From positions 493 through 64,492 of the forward strand of contig JAFGAO010000027.1 in the NCBI GenBank assembly GCA_016933615.1: a stretch of DNA of 64,000 nt. The letters run 5' to 3'. The translations under genes and the position numbers were made by a program. Below are positions 36,250 to 46,225 of this stretch, piece by piece. The number at the start of each line of letters is the position of its first letter. The first letter of the stretch is position 1. Source of the stretch: Acidobacteriota bacterium. GTDB taxonomy: Bacteria; Acidobacteriota; UBA6911. Below the pieces are notes generated by a model, which saw nothing but the letters and a program-made list of their open reading frames with translations, was not told the DNA's origin and made no database searches.

Positions 36250-37242
36250 ATGAAAAAAGTTCTGCTCTCCGACCGCAGTCTGCAGCTCTTATTCGGCCCG
36301 CTCGATGAAAACATCCGATTTCTGGAAAACCTCTTCGGAGTAACGATCCAGGCGCGCGACTCCACCCTGATAATAAACGGCGAGGAAGAAGATGTCCGGG
36401 CATTGGAGAAAATCCTGATCGATTTTTCCGCGCTGGCCGAAAAAGGACATTTCATCAGCAACGGGGACTTGAAATCCGCCTTCAAGCAGATCGCCGAGGA
36501 TGCGGCATTAACCCTGCACGATTTTTTCCCCAAAATGCAGCTCCTCGCGACCGGCAAAAGGCAGGTGACCCCCAAAAGCCGGAACCAGCGCCGTTATATC
36601 GAAGCCATCAAGGGGAATGATATCGTTTTCGGGATAGGACCGGGAGGAACGGGCAAGACTTTTCTCGCCGTAACCCTGGCGCTTGTTTCTCTTTTTGAAA
36701 AGCGGATCTCCAGGATCGTTCTGACGCGTCCGGCGGTGGAAGCGGGAGAAAGGCTCGGATTTCTTCCCGGAGACATTGAAGAAAAAATCAATCCCTATCT
36801 GCGTCCGCTCTATGACGCCCTGTATTACCTCCTGGACAGCGAAAAAATACACCGCTACATGGAGGAGGGGATCATCGAAATTGCCCCCCTGGCTTTTATG
36901 AGAGGCCGCACGCTGAGCGACTCCTTCATCATTCTGGACGAGGCGCAGAATACGACTTCGGAACAGATGAAAATGTTCTTGACCCGCATAGGCATGGGAT
37001 CCAAGGCGGTGATTACGGGTGACGTGACCCAGATAGACCTTCCTTTCGGACGCGGTTCCGGTCTTGTCGAAGCCCGGAATATCCTGAAGGGAGTGGACGG
37101 TCTGGCATTCTGCACCTTCAACGAAAAAGACGTCGTACGGCACCATCTTGTGCGCCTGATCATCAAGGCGTACCAGGATCACGCGGAAAATCTAGAACAT
37201 TCAGACGGGAACAGTCCGGATGGCAAGGAAAAAAAGAATTAG
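36250..37242 (+). CDS. phoH: PhoH-family ATPase
   Basis: Contains Walker A GPGGTGKTFLAV, RPAVEAGE.LGFLPGD, DEAQN and VITGD.TQIDL. The start is ATG 36250; TTG 36247 is also possible. Confidence 0.9.
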   Translation: MKKVLLSDRSLQLLFGPLDENIRFLENLFGVTIQARDSTLIINGEEEDVRALEKILIDFSALAEKGHFISNGDLKSAFKQIAEDAALTLHDFFPKMQLLATGKRQVTPKSRNQRRYIEAIKGNDIVFGIGPGGTGKTFLAVTLALVSLFEKRISRIVLTRPAVEAGERLGFLPGDIEEKINPYLRPLYDALYYLLDSEKIHRYMEEGIIEIAPLAFMRGRTLSDSFIILDEAQNTTSEQMKMFLTRIGMGSKAVITGDVTQIDLPFGRGSGLVEARNILKGVDGLAFCTFNEKDVVRHHLVRLIIKAYQDHAENLEHSDGNSPDGKEKKN

Positions 37243-38332
37243 GCTCGGGATTCTGTTCGGGGGCCGGTCGGCGGAACATGAGGTTTCCCTGAAGTCGGCC
37301 GTATCGGTAATCAGCGCGCTCGATACCGAAATATTCGACATAACCGCCGTCGGGATCACCCCGAATGGCCGTTTTGCGGATGCCGACGAAGTCAGAAAAA
37401 TGCTGCCGGAACACTTGATCGAGCGCGTGCGCCTCCCCGATGCGCCGGAATCCTCGCTCAGACAAAGGTTCACACTGCCCGCCGGAAAGGACAGGCTCTT
37501 TGATCCCGGGGATTCATTCCCGGAGATTTTTTTCCCTTTGCTTCACGGCCCCTACGGCGAGGACGGCACCATTCAGGGATTCCTGGAGACGGCCGATGTG
37601 CCGTACATCGGGTGCGGCGTGATCGCTTCCTCGGTCTCCATGGATAAAGATTTCATGAAGCGGCTTTTCATGCAGGCGGGGCTGCCGGTCGCGCCGTACC
37701 GGACCGTACATTCCAGGAATTTCTTCAGGAATCCCGAAACCCTGAAGCGGTCCGTTTCCAAGGAATTGGGTTACCCGATGTTCTGCAAGCCTGCAAACAT
37801 GGGTTCCTCAATCGGCGTCTGCAAGATTCATTCGGAAGAAGAATTTATACCCTCCCTGAAGCATTCCGCGCAATTCGACGCCAAAATACTCGTTGAAAAG
37901 GGACTGGATGCGAGAGAACTGGAATGCGCCATTCTTGGAAACGAAGCCCCCGAGGCGTCCGTTGTGGGGGAAATCATCCCGGCCCACGAATTTTATGACT
38001 ATGACGCAAAATATATAAGTCCGGACAGCCGGCTGGAAATTCCGGCCCGTATCCCCGGAGCGACAAGCAACAAGATCCGGGATCTCGCCCTGCGGTCCTT
38101 CAAAGCCGTGGAAGGCTCGGGATTGGCCCGGATCGACTTTTTCCTGGAACGTAGAACCCAAAAAGTATGGATCAACGAAATCAACACCATGCCGGGATTC
38201 ACCCCGATAAGCATGTACGCCAAGTTGTGGGCTTCGAGCGGGATTCCCTTCCAGCAGCTGGTGGAAAAACTGGTCCTGCTCGGCAAAGAGCGTTTTCTAG
38301 AAAGGAGTAACAGGAAAATTTCAACGGTTTAA
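37220..38332 (+). CDS. ddl: D-alanine--D-alanine ligase
   Basis: Contains ILFGGRSAEHEVSL.SA, HGPYGEDGTIQG.LE, PYIGCGV, KPAN.GSS.G, E.A.LGN and RIDFFL......INE.NTMPGFT. Confidence 0.93.
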   Translation: MARKKRIRLGILFGGRSAEHEVSLKSAVSVISALDTEIFDITAVGITPNGRFADADEVRKMLPEHLIERVRLPDAPESSLRQRFTLPAGKDRLFDPGDSFPEIFFPLLHGPYGEDGTIQGFLETADVPYIGCGVIASSVSMDKDFMKRLFMQAGLPVAPYRTVHSRNFFRNPETLKRSVSKELGYPMFCKPANMGSSIGVCKIHSEEEFIPSLKHSAQFDAKILVEKGLDARELECAILGNEAPEASVVGEIIPAHEFYDYDAKYISPDSRLEIPARIPGATSNKIRDLALRSFKAVEGSGLARIDFFLERRTQKVWINEINTMPGFTPISMYAKLWASSGIPFQQLVEKLVLLGKERFLERSNRKISTV

Positions 38333-38499
38333 AAGAACGCCTTCGGACGAAAACGTTGAACCTTATGTAATTATTCGCTAATTTTTCTGGATCACACCCG
38401 CGCTGCACGAAGGATCCGGCCGTGAACCGAGACAGGTGATGAAAACGGCGCCATTGGAACCCTCCGGAAACGCGGGTCCATCAGCGGGAGGAAATTTTT

Positions 38500-38742
38500 A
38501 TGAGCGCTCAAGTTCCTGAAACAGAACTCCGGGAGCATTTGCTTAGGGAGAATGCCGAATATAGGCGTCTGGCGGAGGAGCACCATTCCTACGATATCCA
38601 GCTGGAAAGTCTTAGCAATAAGCATTACTTGAGTGAGGAAGAGCAATTGCAGGAAAAAATGCTCAAAAAGAAAAAGCTAATATTGAAAGACCAGATGTAT
38701 ATGATGGTCCAGAAAATCCGCAAGGAAATAGAGGCGAGCTGA
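38500..38742 (+). CDS. DUF465 (YdcH-like) small coiled-coil protein
   Basis: 80 aa with the DUF465 pattern L..EN.EYRRL.EEH..YD..L..L.......EE....K.LKK.KL.LKD.M. A GGGAGG RBS precedes it. Confidence 0.7.
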   Translation: MSAQVPETELREHLLRENAEYRRLAEEHHSYDIQLESLSNKHYLSEEEQLQEKMLKKKKLILKDQMYMMVQKIRKEIEAS

Positions 38743-38919
38743 TTCGCCGGGAAGATAGGAATCGTTCCTGTCCGGGATTTTCCGTTGCTGCCCGGGTGCC
38801 TAAAGCAAAACAGGCCGGAAAGTCGGCGGCGTTGCGTGACAGGGGTCGCACTTTTATCTGTCGCAGGAACCGGCACACCGGGAGCTATTCCGTAAAGCCG
38901 CCGAGAAAGGATCCTTCGA

Positions 38920-39522
38920 ATGATTCGTGATGCCTACAAATTTCTCGCGCCCTTGCTGGCCCTGGGCATTGTTTCCGTCGCCGCGGGCTTCGAGTATCTC
39001 GCGTGCCTGCTCTTCATACTGGTTCTTTTTACCGCATATTTTTTCCGCAATCCTTCCAGGAGGATACCCGAAGGCAAAAACCTGGTCGTCTCCCCGGCAG
39101 ACGGCAGGATCGTCAAAATTGCCAGCCTGGAAAACGGGGAGCGCTGCATCAGCATTTTTCTCAGCATATTCGACGTGCATGTCAATCGCTCCCCCATCTC
39201 GGGCGAATTGAAGAAGCTCGAATACCGGAGGGGCAGATTCAAGGCGGCCTTCAGAGAAGAAGCTTCAGCGGTGAATGAACAGAACATCCTGACTGTCGAC
39301 GGCGGGAACATTCAGGTAACCTTCAAGCAAATAGCCGGATGGATCGCGCGTCGCGTGGTGTGCTGGAAAAAACCCGGGGACATCCTGGAGAAAGGCGAAA
39401 CCGTGGGGATGATTCGTTTCGGCTCCAGGGTGGACGTGATTGTCCCGGGGAAAGTGAACGTTTCCGTTAAAGTGGGAGAGAGAGTGGTGGGCGGCAGTTC
39501 CATACTGGGGGACTATCCATGA
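38920..39522 (+). CDS. psd: phosphatidylserine decarboxylase proenzyme (short type)
   Basis: Contains SPADGRIV, FLSIFDVHVNRSP, NEQN and the self-cleavage FGSRVD (GS) motif. It is translationally coupled to pssA (ATGA). Confidence 0.85.
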   Translation: MIRDAYKFLAPLLALGIVSVAAGFEYLACLLFILVLFTAYFFRNPSRRIPEGKNLVVSPADGRIVKIASLENGERCISIFLSIFDVHVNRSPISGELKKLEYRRGRFKAAFREEASAVNEQNILTVDGGNIQVTFKQIAGWIARRVVCWKKPGDILEKGETVGMIRFGSRVDVIVPGKVNVSVKVGERVVGGSSILGDYP

Positions 39523-40313
39523 GACCGGCTCCCGAAGCAAGAGAATCCAAGCTGAAGGATTCGCCGCGCAGGCGAATGCGGCGCAGCGTGTTCCTGCTTC
39601 CCAGCTTTTTTACGGTCGGAAATATCTTCTTCGGTTATTATTCCATCCTCTCCACTATCCAGGGAAACTACCGTTTTGCGGCCTACGCCATCGGAATTGC
39701 CATAATTCTGGACGTGGTCGACGGGCGGATTGCCCGGCTTACCAATTCAAGCACCTATTTCGGGCTGCAGCTCGATTCTCTGGCGGACGTCATATCATTC
39801 GGAATCGCCCCTTCTCTGCTGGCATTGTTCTGGGGGCTCTCTTCGGTCGATCCGCGCCTTGCCTGGATGGCCTCGTTCACGTTTACCATCTGCGGCGCCA
39901 TGCGTCTGGCCCGCTTCAACATCCAGGCGGAGGAACTTAAGCATTTCGTCGGCCTTCCCATTCCGGCCGGGGGAGGGACCGTCGCCGCAATCGTGCATTT
40001 TTTCGGGGAACCCATCACGAATCCCGTCGGAGCCAACCTTATGGCTGCCGGAATATTCTTTCTGGCGTTTCTGATGATCAGCACGATCCGGTACAGCAGC
40101 CTGAAGCACTGGACACTGGGAAGAAAATCCCACTTTTCGATTCTCATAATCGCGCTCATGGTTGCCCTGATTTTCAATTTTTCAAAGCCGACTCTGCTTG
40201 CCATCGCTTTACTCTACAGCGGTTCCGGGCCCGTCCATCGTTTCTATTCCTTGTTCCGCAGAAAAAAACCGGTCAGCGAAGCAACCCTTGCGGACTCGGC
40301 GCAGAAGGGCTGA
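39519..40313 (+). CDS. pssA: CDP-diacylglycerol--serine O-phosphatidyltransferase (CDP-alcohol phosphatidyltransferase family)
   Basis: Contains the DG(x)2AR(x)8G(x)3D(x)3D motif DVVDGRIARLTNSSTYFGLQLDSLAD. It is a multi-TM protein and forms an operon with psd. Confidence 0.85.
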   Translation: MRPAPEARESKLKDSPRRRMRRSVFLLPSFFTVGNIFFGYYSILSTIQGNYRFAAYAIGIAIILDVVDGRIARLTNSSTYFGLQLDSLADVISFGIAPSLLALFWGLSSVDPRLAWMASFTFTICGAMRLARFNIQAEELKHFVGLPIPAGGGTVAAIVHFFGEPITNPVGANLMAAGIFFLAFLMISTIRYSSLKHWTLGRKSHFSILIIALMVALIFNFSKPTLLAIALLYSGSGPVHRFYSLFRRKKPVSEATLADSAQKG

Positions 40314-40557
40314 GGCTTTTTAAGAGCAAGTCTTTTCAGGATGAATCCCGTCTAAATCCGCGTCTGGAGGACGTTCGGCTCCGGAAGGTTTTGTGTGAAA
40401 ATAATTATTTTACGTTTCCTATTTCTCTTAGAAAGACGGGCCGGGAAAAAGGCCGGGAAGGGGGAACGATGCTTTCGCGGATAAAATCTTCGTCCGCATG
40501 GGCGGCCGACACTGCGCCTTGCAGGCGTTTTATATTATCGTCCCCGATCCAAAAGCA

Positions 40558-41340
40558 ATGCCGATTTTTGAAGACGAAGCCATAGTCCTGCGGCAGTACC
40601 CGTTAGCGGAATCGGACGTTATCGTGGTTTGCATCGCGCCCGAGCTCGGAAAAATCCGTGCGGTCGCCCATGGAATCAAGAAGACCAAGAGCCGTTTTGC
40701 CGGGTCCCTGGAACCTTTGAATCACATAAGGATCGTTTTTTACAACCGCGAGGGAAGGGAACTGGGGACTATCCAGCATGCCGAACTTATTCATTCCTAC
40801 TCCAATAAGTTTTGGTCACTGGACTACCTCTTCGCCCTTACCTTTTTCACGGAACTGGCACAGGCGCTCGTTCAGGAAAACCAGCCCAGCCCAGCCCTGT
40901 TTCGATTATTGCTGGCCGCGATGAGGGCTGGAGAAAAGAAGGCCCTCCTGCTGCCTTTGCTGCGCTATTTTGAAGTGTGGTGTCTGAAACTGAGCGGTTT
41001 TTTGCCCGCTTTTGCCGCATGCTCCGTTTGCGGCGGAAATATCCGGGAGGAGGGATTTTTCGCCCGCATCCAAGAGGGAACCGTTCTCTGCGCCGATTGC
41101 AGCTCACGGAAAGGCATTTTTATAGGGGCCGCCGCCTCATCCGCTCTCCAAAGAATCATGACCCGATCTCCGGAGGATTTTGCGGCTTCGCCGCTTGAAG
41201 CGGAAGCCGGACGCCAGATTGAGCGTTGGACCCAGGAGCTTCTGGAGCAGAATCTGGGCAGCCCGCTCAAGTCCTACGGCATCCTGAAGGAAATAATCAC
41301 ATTGCAGGGCGCAGGGTCGAACTCGAAAGCTAAAAATTGA
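40558..41340 (+). CDS. recO: DNA repair protein RecO
   Basis: Starts at MPIFEDEAIVLRQYPLAESD.IV (OB fold) and has a C-terminal zinc finger, CSVCGG...CADC. The start is ATG 40558. Confidence 0.85.
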   Translation: MPIFEDEAIVLRQYPLAESDVIVVCIAPELGKIRAVAHGIKKTKSRFAGSLEPLNHIRIVFYNREGRELGTIQHAELIHSYSNKFWSLDYLFALTFFTELAQALVQENQPSPALFRLLLAAMRAGEKKALLLPLLRYFEVWCLKLSGFLPAFAACSVCGGNIREEGFFARIQEGTVLCADCSSRKGIFIGAAASSALQRIMTRSPEDFAASPLEAEAGRQIERWTQELLEQNLGSPLKSYGILKEIITLQGAGSNSKAKN

Positions 41341-41692
41341 AGATTTCAGGCCGTGAGATTCGCAATCCGGGGTATTCTGCAACGATTCCACGCCTGCATT
41401 ACTATTCGCTTTCGTCGTAATCGGGCGCGCTCTGGGGAGTCCCCAACCCATGTTTTAATCCATATTTCTCACGTGTTTTCCAATCAAAAAGGTGTAAACT
41501 AAATCTTTTCCGGCGCCAGTGTAGAAAGCGTTCGAGAAATGCGGATTCAACCGTTCGCGTCCGGGGTCGGAAATCCCCCCAAAGGGATTCTCCCCGATTC
41601 ATGAAGACATTAACAATGCGATGCACCGGGAACCGCGGGATTTTCCGCCTGCAGAATCCCCGATAGCGTCAGTCTAATTGAGGAATTGAAAT

Positions 41693-43009
41693 ATGAGCTC
41701 CAATGCAATGAATATCGCTCCCGCAAAAGGAAAACTGGGTATCGTTCTGCCCGGGATGGGCGCCGTCAGCTCCACCTTCATCGCCGGAGTCAATGCGGTA
41801 AAGAAGGGAATTGCGAAACCGATCGGCTCTCTGACTCAAATGGGGACTATACGGCTTGGTAAAAGAACGGATAACCGGGTGCCGCACATAAAGGACTTCA
41901 TACCGCTTGCGGGGCTTGACGACCTTGTCATTGGAGGGTGGGACATATTCCCCGACAACATGTACGAAGCTTCCCTGAAATCAGGCGTTCTTGAAAAAAG
42001 CCTCCTGGATCCGATCAGGCGGGAACTAGAGGCGATCCAACCCTGGCCGGCCGCGTTCGACAAATCCTACGTGAAGCGTCTCAACGGCGCTCACGTCAAA
42101 AAAGCCGCCAATAAGATGGAGCTGGCCGAGCAGGTCCGGGAGGACATGAAGCGCTTCCGGGAGCGGAATAAACTGGACCGCATGGTTATGGTCTGGTGCG
42201 GCAGCACCGAGATCTTTCTGAAACGGGAAGCCGTGCATCAGACCCTGGACAGCTTTGAAAAGGGACTTATCGACAACGATCCCGGAATCGCTCCCAGCAT
42301 GATCTATGCGTATGCGGCGATAATGGCGGGGATCCCCTACGCCAACGGAGCGCCAAATTTATCTGCGGATATCCCCGCCCTGGTTCAACTGGCGAAAGAA
42401 AGAAACGTCCCCATTTGCGGGAAAGACTTCAAGACCGGCCAGACGCTGATGAAAACCATACTGGCGCCCGGGCTTAAATCCAGGCTGCTGGGACTGAACG
42501 GATGGTTTTCCACCAACATCCTCGGCAACCGGGACGGTGAAGTCCTCGACGACCCGGATTCCTTTAAAACAAAAGAGGAAAGCAAGCTGTCGGTTTTGGA
42601 GCATATCCTGCAGCCCCAGCTGTACCCGGACCTTTACTCGAACTACACGCACAAGGTTCGCATCAACTACTATCCACCCAGGGGCGACAACAAGGAAGGC
42701 TGGGACAACATCGATATTTTCGGCTGGCTGGGCTACCCGATGCAGATCAAGGTCGATTTCCTGTGCCGCGATTCCATATTGGCGGCGCCGATCGTACTGG
42801 ATCTGGCCCTGTTCATGGATCTTGCCTACAGGTGCGGCATGAGCGGCATCCAGGAATGGCTTTCGTTCTATTTTAAAAGCCCCATGTGCGCCCCGGAACT
42901 CTACCCGGAGCATGACCTTTTCATCCAGCTCATGAAGCTGAAGAACACCCTGCGGCACATGAAGGGCGAAGACATGATCACCCACCTCGGGCTGGACTAC
43001 TACGATTAG
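41693..43009 (+). CDS. ino1: myo-inositol-1-phosphate synthase
   Basis: 438 aa with the bacterial/archaeal MIPS pattern (LGIVLPGMGAVSSTFIAG, MVWCGSTE, YANGAPN, GKDFKTGQT, SKLSV..., LLAAPIVLDL). Confidence 0.9.
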   Translation: MSSNAMNIAPAKGKLGIVLPGMGAVSSTFIAGVNAVKKGIAKPIGSLTQMGTIRLGKRTDNRVPHIKDFIPLAGLDDLVIGGWDIFPDNMYEASLKSGVLEKSLLDPIRRELEAIQPWPAAFDKSYVKRLNGAHVKKAANKMELAEQVREDMKRFRERNKLDRMVMVWCGSTEIFLKREAVHQTLDSFEKGLIDNDPGIAPSMIYAYAAIMAGIPYANGAPNLSADIPALVQLAKERNVPICGKDFKTGQTLMKTILAPGLKSRLLGLNGWFSTNILGNRDGEVLDDPDSFKTKEESKLSVLEHILQPQLYPDLYSNYTHKVRINYYPPRGDNKEGWDNIDIFGWLGYPMQIKVDFLCRDSILAAPIVLDLALFMDLAYRCGMSGIQEWLSFYFKSPMCAPELYPEHDLFIQLMKLKNTLRHMKGEDMITHLGLDYYD

Positions 43010-43049
43010 GGCTGACTTTGCCGACAGCCTTAGCTGACGGCAAAGTCAG
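43010..43049. other. 13-bp perfect-stem hairpin immediately after the ino1 stop
   Basis: GCTGACTTTGCCG (43010-43022) pairs with CGGCAAAGTCAGC (43037-43049). The loop is 14 nt. Confidence 0.6.
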
Positions 43050-43052
43050 CTT

Positions 43053-43090
43053 GGAAGAAAAAGGGCGCTCTAAGGAGCGCCCTTTTTCTT
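43053..43090. terminator. bidirectional intrinsic terminator between convergent ino1 and ppdK
   Basis: GAAGAAAAAGGGCGCTC-TAAG-GAGCGCCCTTTTTCTTC forms a 17-bp perfect stem with a GC core. The A-run and T-run give a U-tract in either orientation. Confidence 0.75.
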
Positions 43091-43098
43091 CTCAAAAG

Positions 43099-45873
43099 CT
43101 AGGCAGTATGGGAAATGGTCTGTTCCTCGCCGAGAGCCGCCTGGGCGGCGGCCAACCTGGCGATCGGTACCCGGTACGGCGAACAGGAAACGTAGTTCAT
43201 GCCGACTTTGTGGCAGAAATACACCGAGGACGGCTCGCCGCCGTGCTCCCCGCATATTCCAACCTTGAGATCCGGCCTTTCCTTTCGGCCCCGTTCTGTT
43301 CCGATCTGTACCAGCTGGCCGACGCCCTGAGTATCCAGAACCTGAAAAGGGTCGTCCTTGAAGATCTTGTTTTCAATGTAATAAGGGAGGAATTTTCCGG
43401 AATCGTCCCGTGATATCCCGTATGTCGTCTGGGTCAGATCATTGGTGCCGAAAGAGAAGAATTCGGCGGTCTCCGCGATTTTATCCGCGGTAAGAGCCGC
43501 TCTCGGCAATTCGATCATGGTGCCGACGAGATATTTCAACTTCGCTTTTTTCTTTTTGAATACGTCATCGGCGACTCTGCGAACGGCGGCGGCCTGCAGC
43601 TTCAGCTCGTTGACGTCCGAAACAAGCGGGATCATCACTTCCGGCAGCACCTTGATTCCTCTTTTCTGAACATTGATCGCCGCTTCGAAGATGGCCCTTG
43701 CCTGCATTTCCGTGATTTCAGGGAACACGACGCCCAGCCGGCAGCCGCGATGCCCGAGCATCGGATTGGCCTCGTGCAGGGACTGTACCTTTTCCCAAAG
43801 CTTTTTTGCGTTTACCTTGAGTTTGCGCGCCAGCTTCTGGGTTTCTTCCCGGTTTTGCGGCAGAAACTCGTGCAGGGGCGGATCCAGGGTCCGGATGGTT
43901 ACGGGCAATCCTTTCATGGCTTTGAAAATCCCCTCGAAATCCCTGCGCTGCAGCTTCAGCAGCTCATTGAGCCCTCCTTTATACAGGCGCCTGGGCTCCT
44001 CGATGGCCTTGTGGATCTTCCGGGAAATCTCCTGAAGCTCTTTCCGCTTATTCGGATTCCCGCTGCGGCCTATTTCCGCATCCAGGGTGCGCAACTCCTT
44101 GTCCAGCCTCTTGAAATCCAGGGATCCCAGAATCATCTGGCGCACGAAATCGATGCGGTCGCCTGCAAAGAACATGTGTTCGGTGCGGCACAAACCGATC
44201 CCTTCCGCCCCGAAACTTCTTGCGACGGCGGAATCGCCGGGCGTATCGGCATTGGTGCGGACCTTGAGTTTCCTGGCTTTGTCGGCCCACTTCATCAATT
44301 GGCGAAAATCATTGCCGAGTTCCGGATCTATCAGCGGAGCCTGACCCGAGATTATCTGGCCGCTGGTTCCGTCGACCGTGATCCAGTCGCCGCGCCGCAC
44401 GTGTTTGCCGCCTGCGGTGAATTCGTTCTTGCCGTAGTCGATCGAAATGTCACTGGCCCCGACAACACAGGGTTTTCCCCATCCGCGGGCGACGACGGCC
44501 GCGTGGCTGGTGGGCCCGCCGGTCGAGGTCAAAATCGCCTGCGCGGCGTCCATGCCGCGCACATCCTCGGGAGACGTTTCCCTTCGCACCAGGATTACGC
44601 GTTCTCCTCTTTCCTTCCAGTCCTCGGCTTCTTTTGGGGAAAAAACCACCTTGCCGGCGGCGGCTCCCGGGCTGGCGTTGATGCCGCGGGTCAATACGTT
44701 GAGCTTCGCCTTGGGATCGACCATTTTATGGAGAAGCTGATCCAGATCCCCGGCCGGAACGCGCATGATGGCCGTCGGTTCGTCGATCAATTTCTCCCGG
44801 ACCATGTCGACCGCGATCTTGACGCCGGCCGGGCCGGTTCTCTTGCCGTTGCGGGTCTGCAGCATCCAGAGTTTTCCTTTTTCAACGGTGAATTCGAGGT
44901 CTTGCATATCCTTGTAATGGCGTTCCAGCTTTGTGGCCACATCCTGAAACTGTTTGTAGATCAACGGCATGTCCGATTTCAGTTCTTCGATATGCTTGGG
45001 GGTCCTTATGCCGGCAACGACATCTTCGCCCTGCGCGTTGGACAGGTAATCTCCGAAAAGCACTTTCTCGCCGGTTGCGGGATTTCGGGTAAAGGCGACG
45101 CCTGTGCCGGAATCCTCGCCCATGTTGCCGAATACCATGGTGCAGACGTTGACCGCAGTCCCGAGATCGTCGGGAATTTTCTCCTTGCGGCGGTAGGCGA
45201 TGGCGCGGTCCCCGTTCCAGGACGAAAATACCGCCTTGATCGATTCCTCCAGCTGCTGGTAGGGGTCTGTGGGGAAGGCTTTGCCTGTTTCCAGGCGAAT
45301 GATTTTTGTGAATTCGTCGCAGAGCTGCGACAGGTTCTCGGCGGTAAGATCGGTATCCTGAACAGCGCGCCTGGATCGCTTCATTTTATCCATGGCGTGA
45401 TCAAACAGCTCTCCATCCACTCCCATGACGATTTTACCGAACATCTGGATAAATCTGCGGTAGGCATCGAACGCAAAGCGTTCGTTGGAAGTCAGGCGCG
45501 CCAGCCCCCTGAGGGTTTCTTCATTGAGCCCGAGGTTCAGGACCGTATCCATCATTCCTGGCATGGAAAATTTGGCGCCGGACCTCACGGAAACGAGCAG
45601 CGGGTTGGTGGCGCTTCCAAATTCCTTTTTCGTTGCCAGCTCCACTTTTTTCATTGCATTGAGGACCTGGTTCCACATACCCGGAGGAAATTTTTCACCA
45701 GACGAATAATAGGAGTTGCACGCCTGCGTCGTGATGGTGAAACCCGGAGGTACCGGCAATCCCGCATTGGTCATTTCTGCAAGGCCGGCACCCTTGCCTC
45801 CTAGCAGGTCTTTCATTGCGCCGTTCCCGTCCGCTTCTCCGTTGGCAAAAAGGTAGACATATTTCATCGACAT
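43099..45873 (-). CDS. ppdK: pyruvate, phosphate dikinase
   Basis: 924 aa. Contains LLGGKGAGLAEM, an ATP-grasp N-terminal domain, the phosphohistidine region GGPTSHAAVVARG and a PEP-utilising C-terminal domain (GLCRTEHMF, FFSFGTNDLTQ, GICGE). Confidence 0.95.
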   Translation of the reverse strand: MSMKYVYLFANGEADGNGAMKDLLGGKGAGLAEMTNAGLPVPPGFTITTQACNSYYSSGEKFPPGMWNQVLNAMKKVELATKKEFGSATNPLLVSVRSGAKFSMPGMMDTVLNLGLNEETLRGLARLTSNERFAFDAYRRFIQMFGKIVMGVDGELFDHAMDKMKRSRRAVQDTDLTAENLSQLCDEFTKIIRLETGKAFPTDPYQQLEESIKAVFSSWNGDRAIAYRRKEKIPDDLGTAVNVCTMVFGNMGEDSGTGVAFTRNPATGEKVLFGDYLSNAQGEDVVAGIRTPKHIEELKSDMPLIYKQFQDVATKLERHYKDMQDLEFTVEKGKLWMLQTRNGKRTGPAGVKIAVDMVREKLIDEPTAIMRVPAGDLDQLLHKMVDPKAKLNVLTRGINASPGAAAGKVVFSPKEAEDWKERGERVILVRRETSPEDVRGMDAAQAILTSTGGPTSHAAVVARGWGKPCVVGASDISIDYGKNEFTAGGKHVRRGDWITVDGTSGQIISGQAPLIDPELGNDFRQLMKWADKARKLKVRTNADTPGDSAVARSFGAEGIGLCRTEHMFFAGDRIDFVRQMILGSLDFKRLDKELRTLDAEIGRSGNPNKRKELQEISRKIHKAIEEPRRLYKGGLNELLKLQRRDFEGIFKAMKGLPVTIRTLDPPLHEFLPQNREETQKLARKLKVNAKKLWEKVQSLHEANPMLGHRGCRLGVVFPEITEMQARAIFEAAINVQKRGIKVLPEVMIPLVSDVNELKLQAAAVRRVADDVFKKKKAKLKYLVGTMIELPRAALTADKIAETAEFFSFGTNDLTQTTYGISRDDSGKFLPYYIENKIFKDDPFQVLDTQGVGQLVQIGTERGRKERPDLKVGICGEHGGEPSSVYFCHKVGMNYVSCSPYRVPIARLAAAQAALGEEQTISHTA

Positions 45874-46225
45874 TTGCTATCCCCCGCTTTGAAAATTGCT
45901 TCCCTGTGATGTGTAAAAATAGCTTTAATGGTAACCCAAAATCCTCCCGCAATCAAAGAATCATAGCGGCATGGGCATTATTTTGTATTTGGGATTTGGG
46001 AAAACGGGAAAAAGCGGCCCAGCCTGAATCCCGCGGTCCCGGCAAGCCGGAATTCGCGGTTTCCAGGCTGAGCTTTAGCTTCTCGAATAGCCTAGTAGTG
46101 TTATCGGCCGTTTTTCAGCCGGGATCAGCATTATTTCGCAAATTACGCCTTGGGACAGACTTTGCCGAAAGCGCTCGGTAATGGAGAGGCCGCAGTCGGC
46201 GCCCCCAACGGCAGGCGCGACAATT

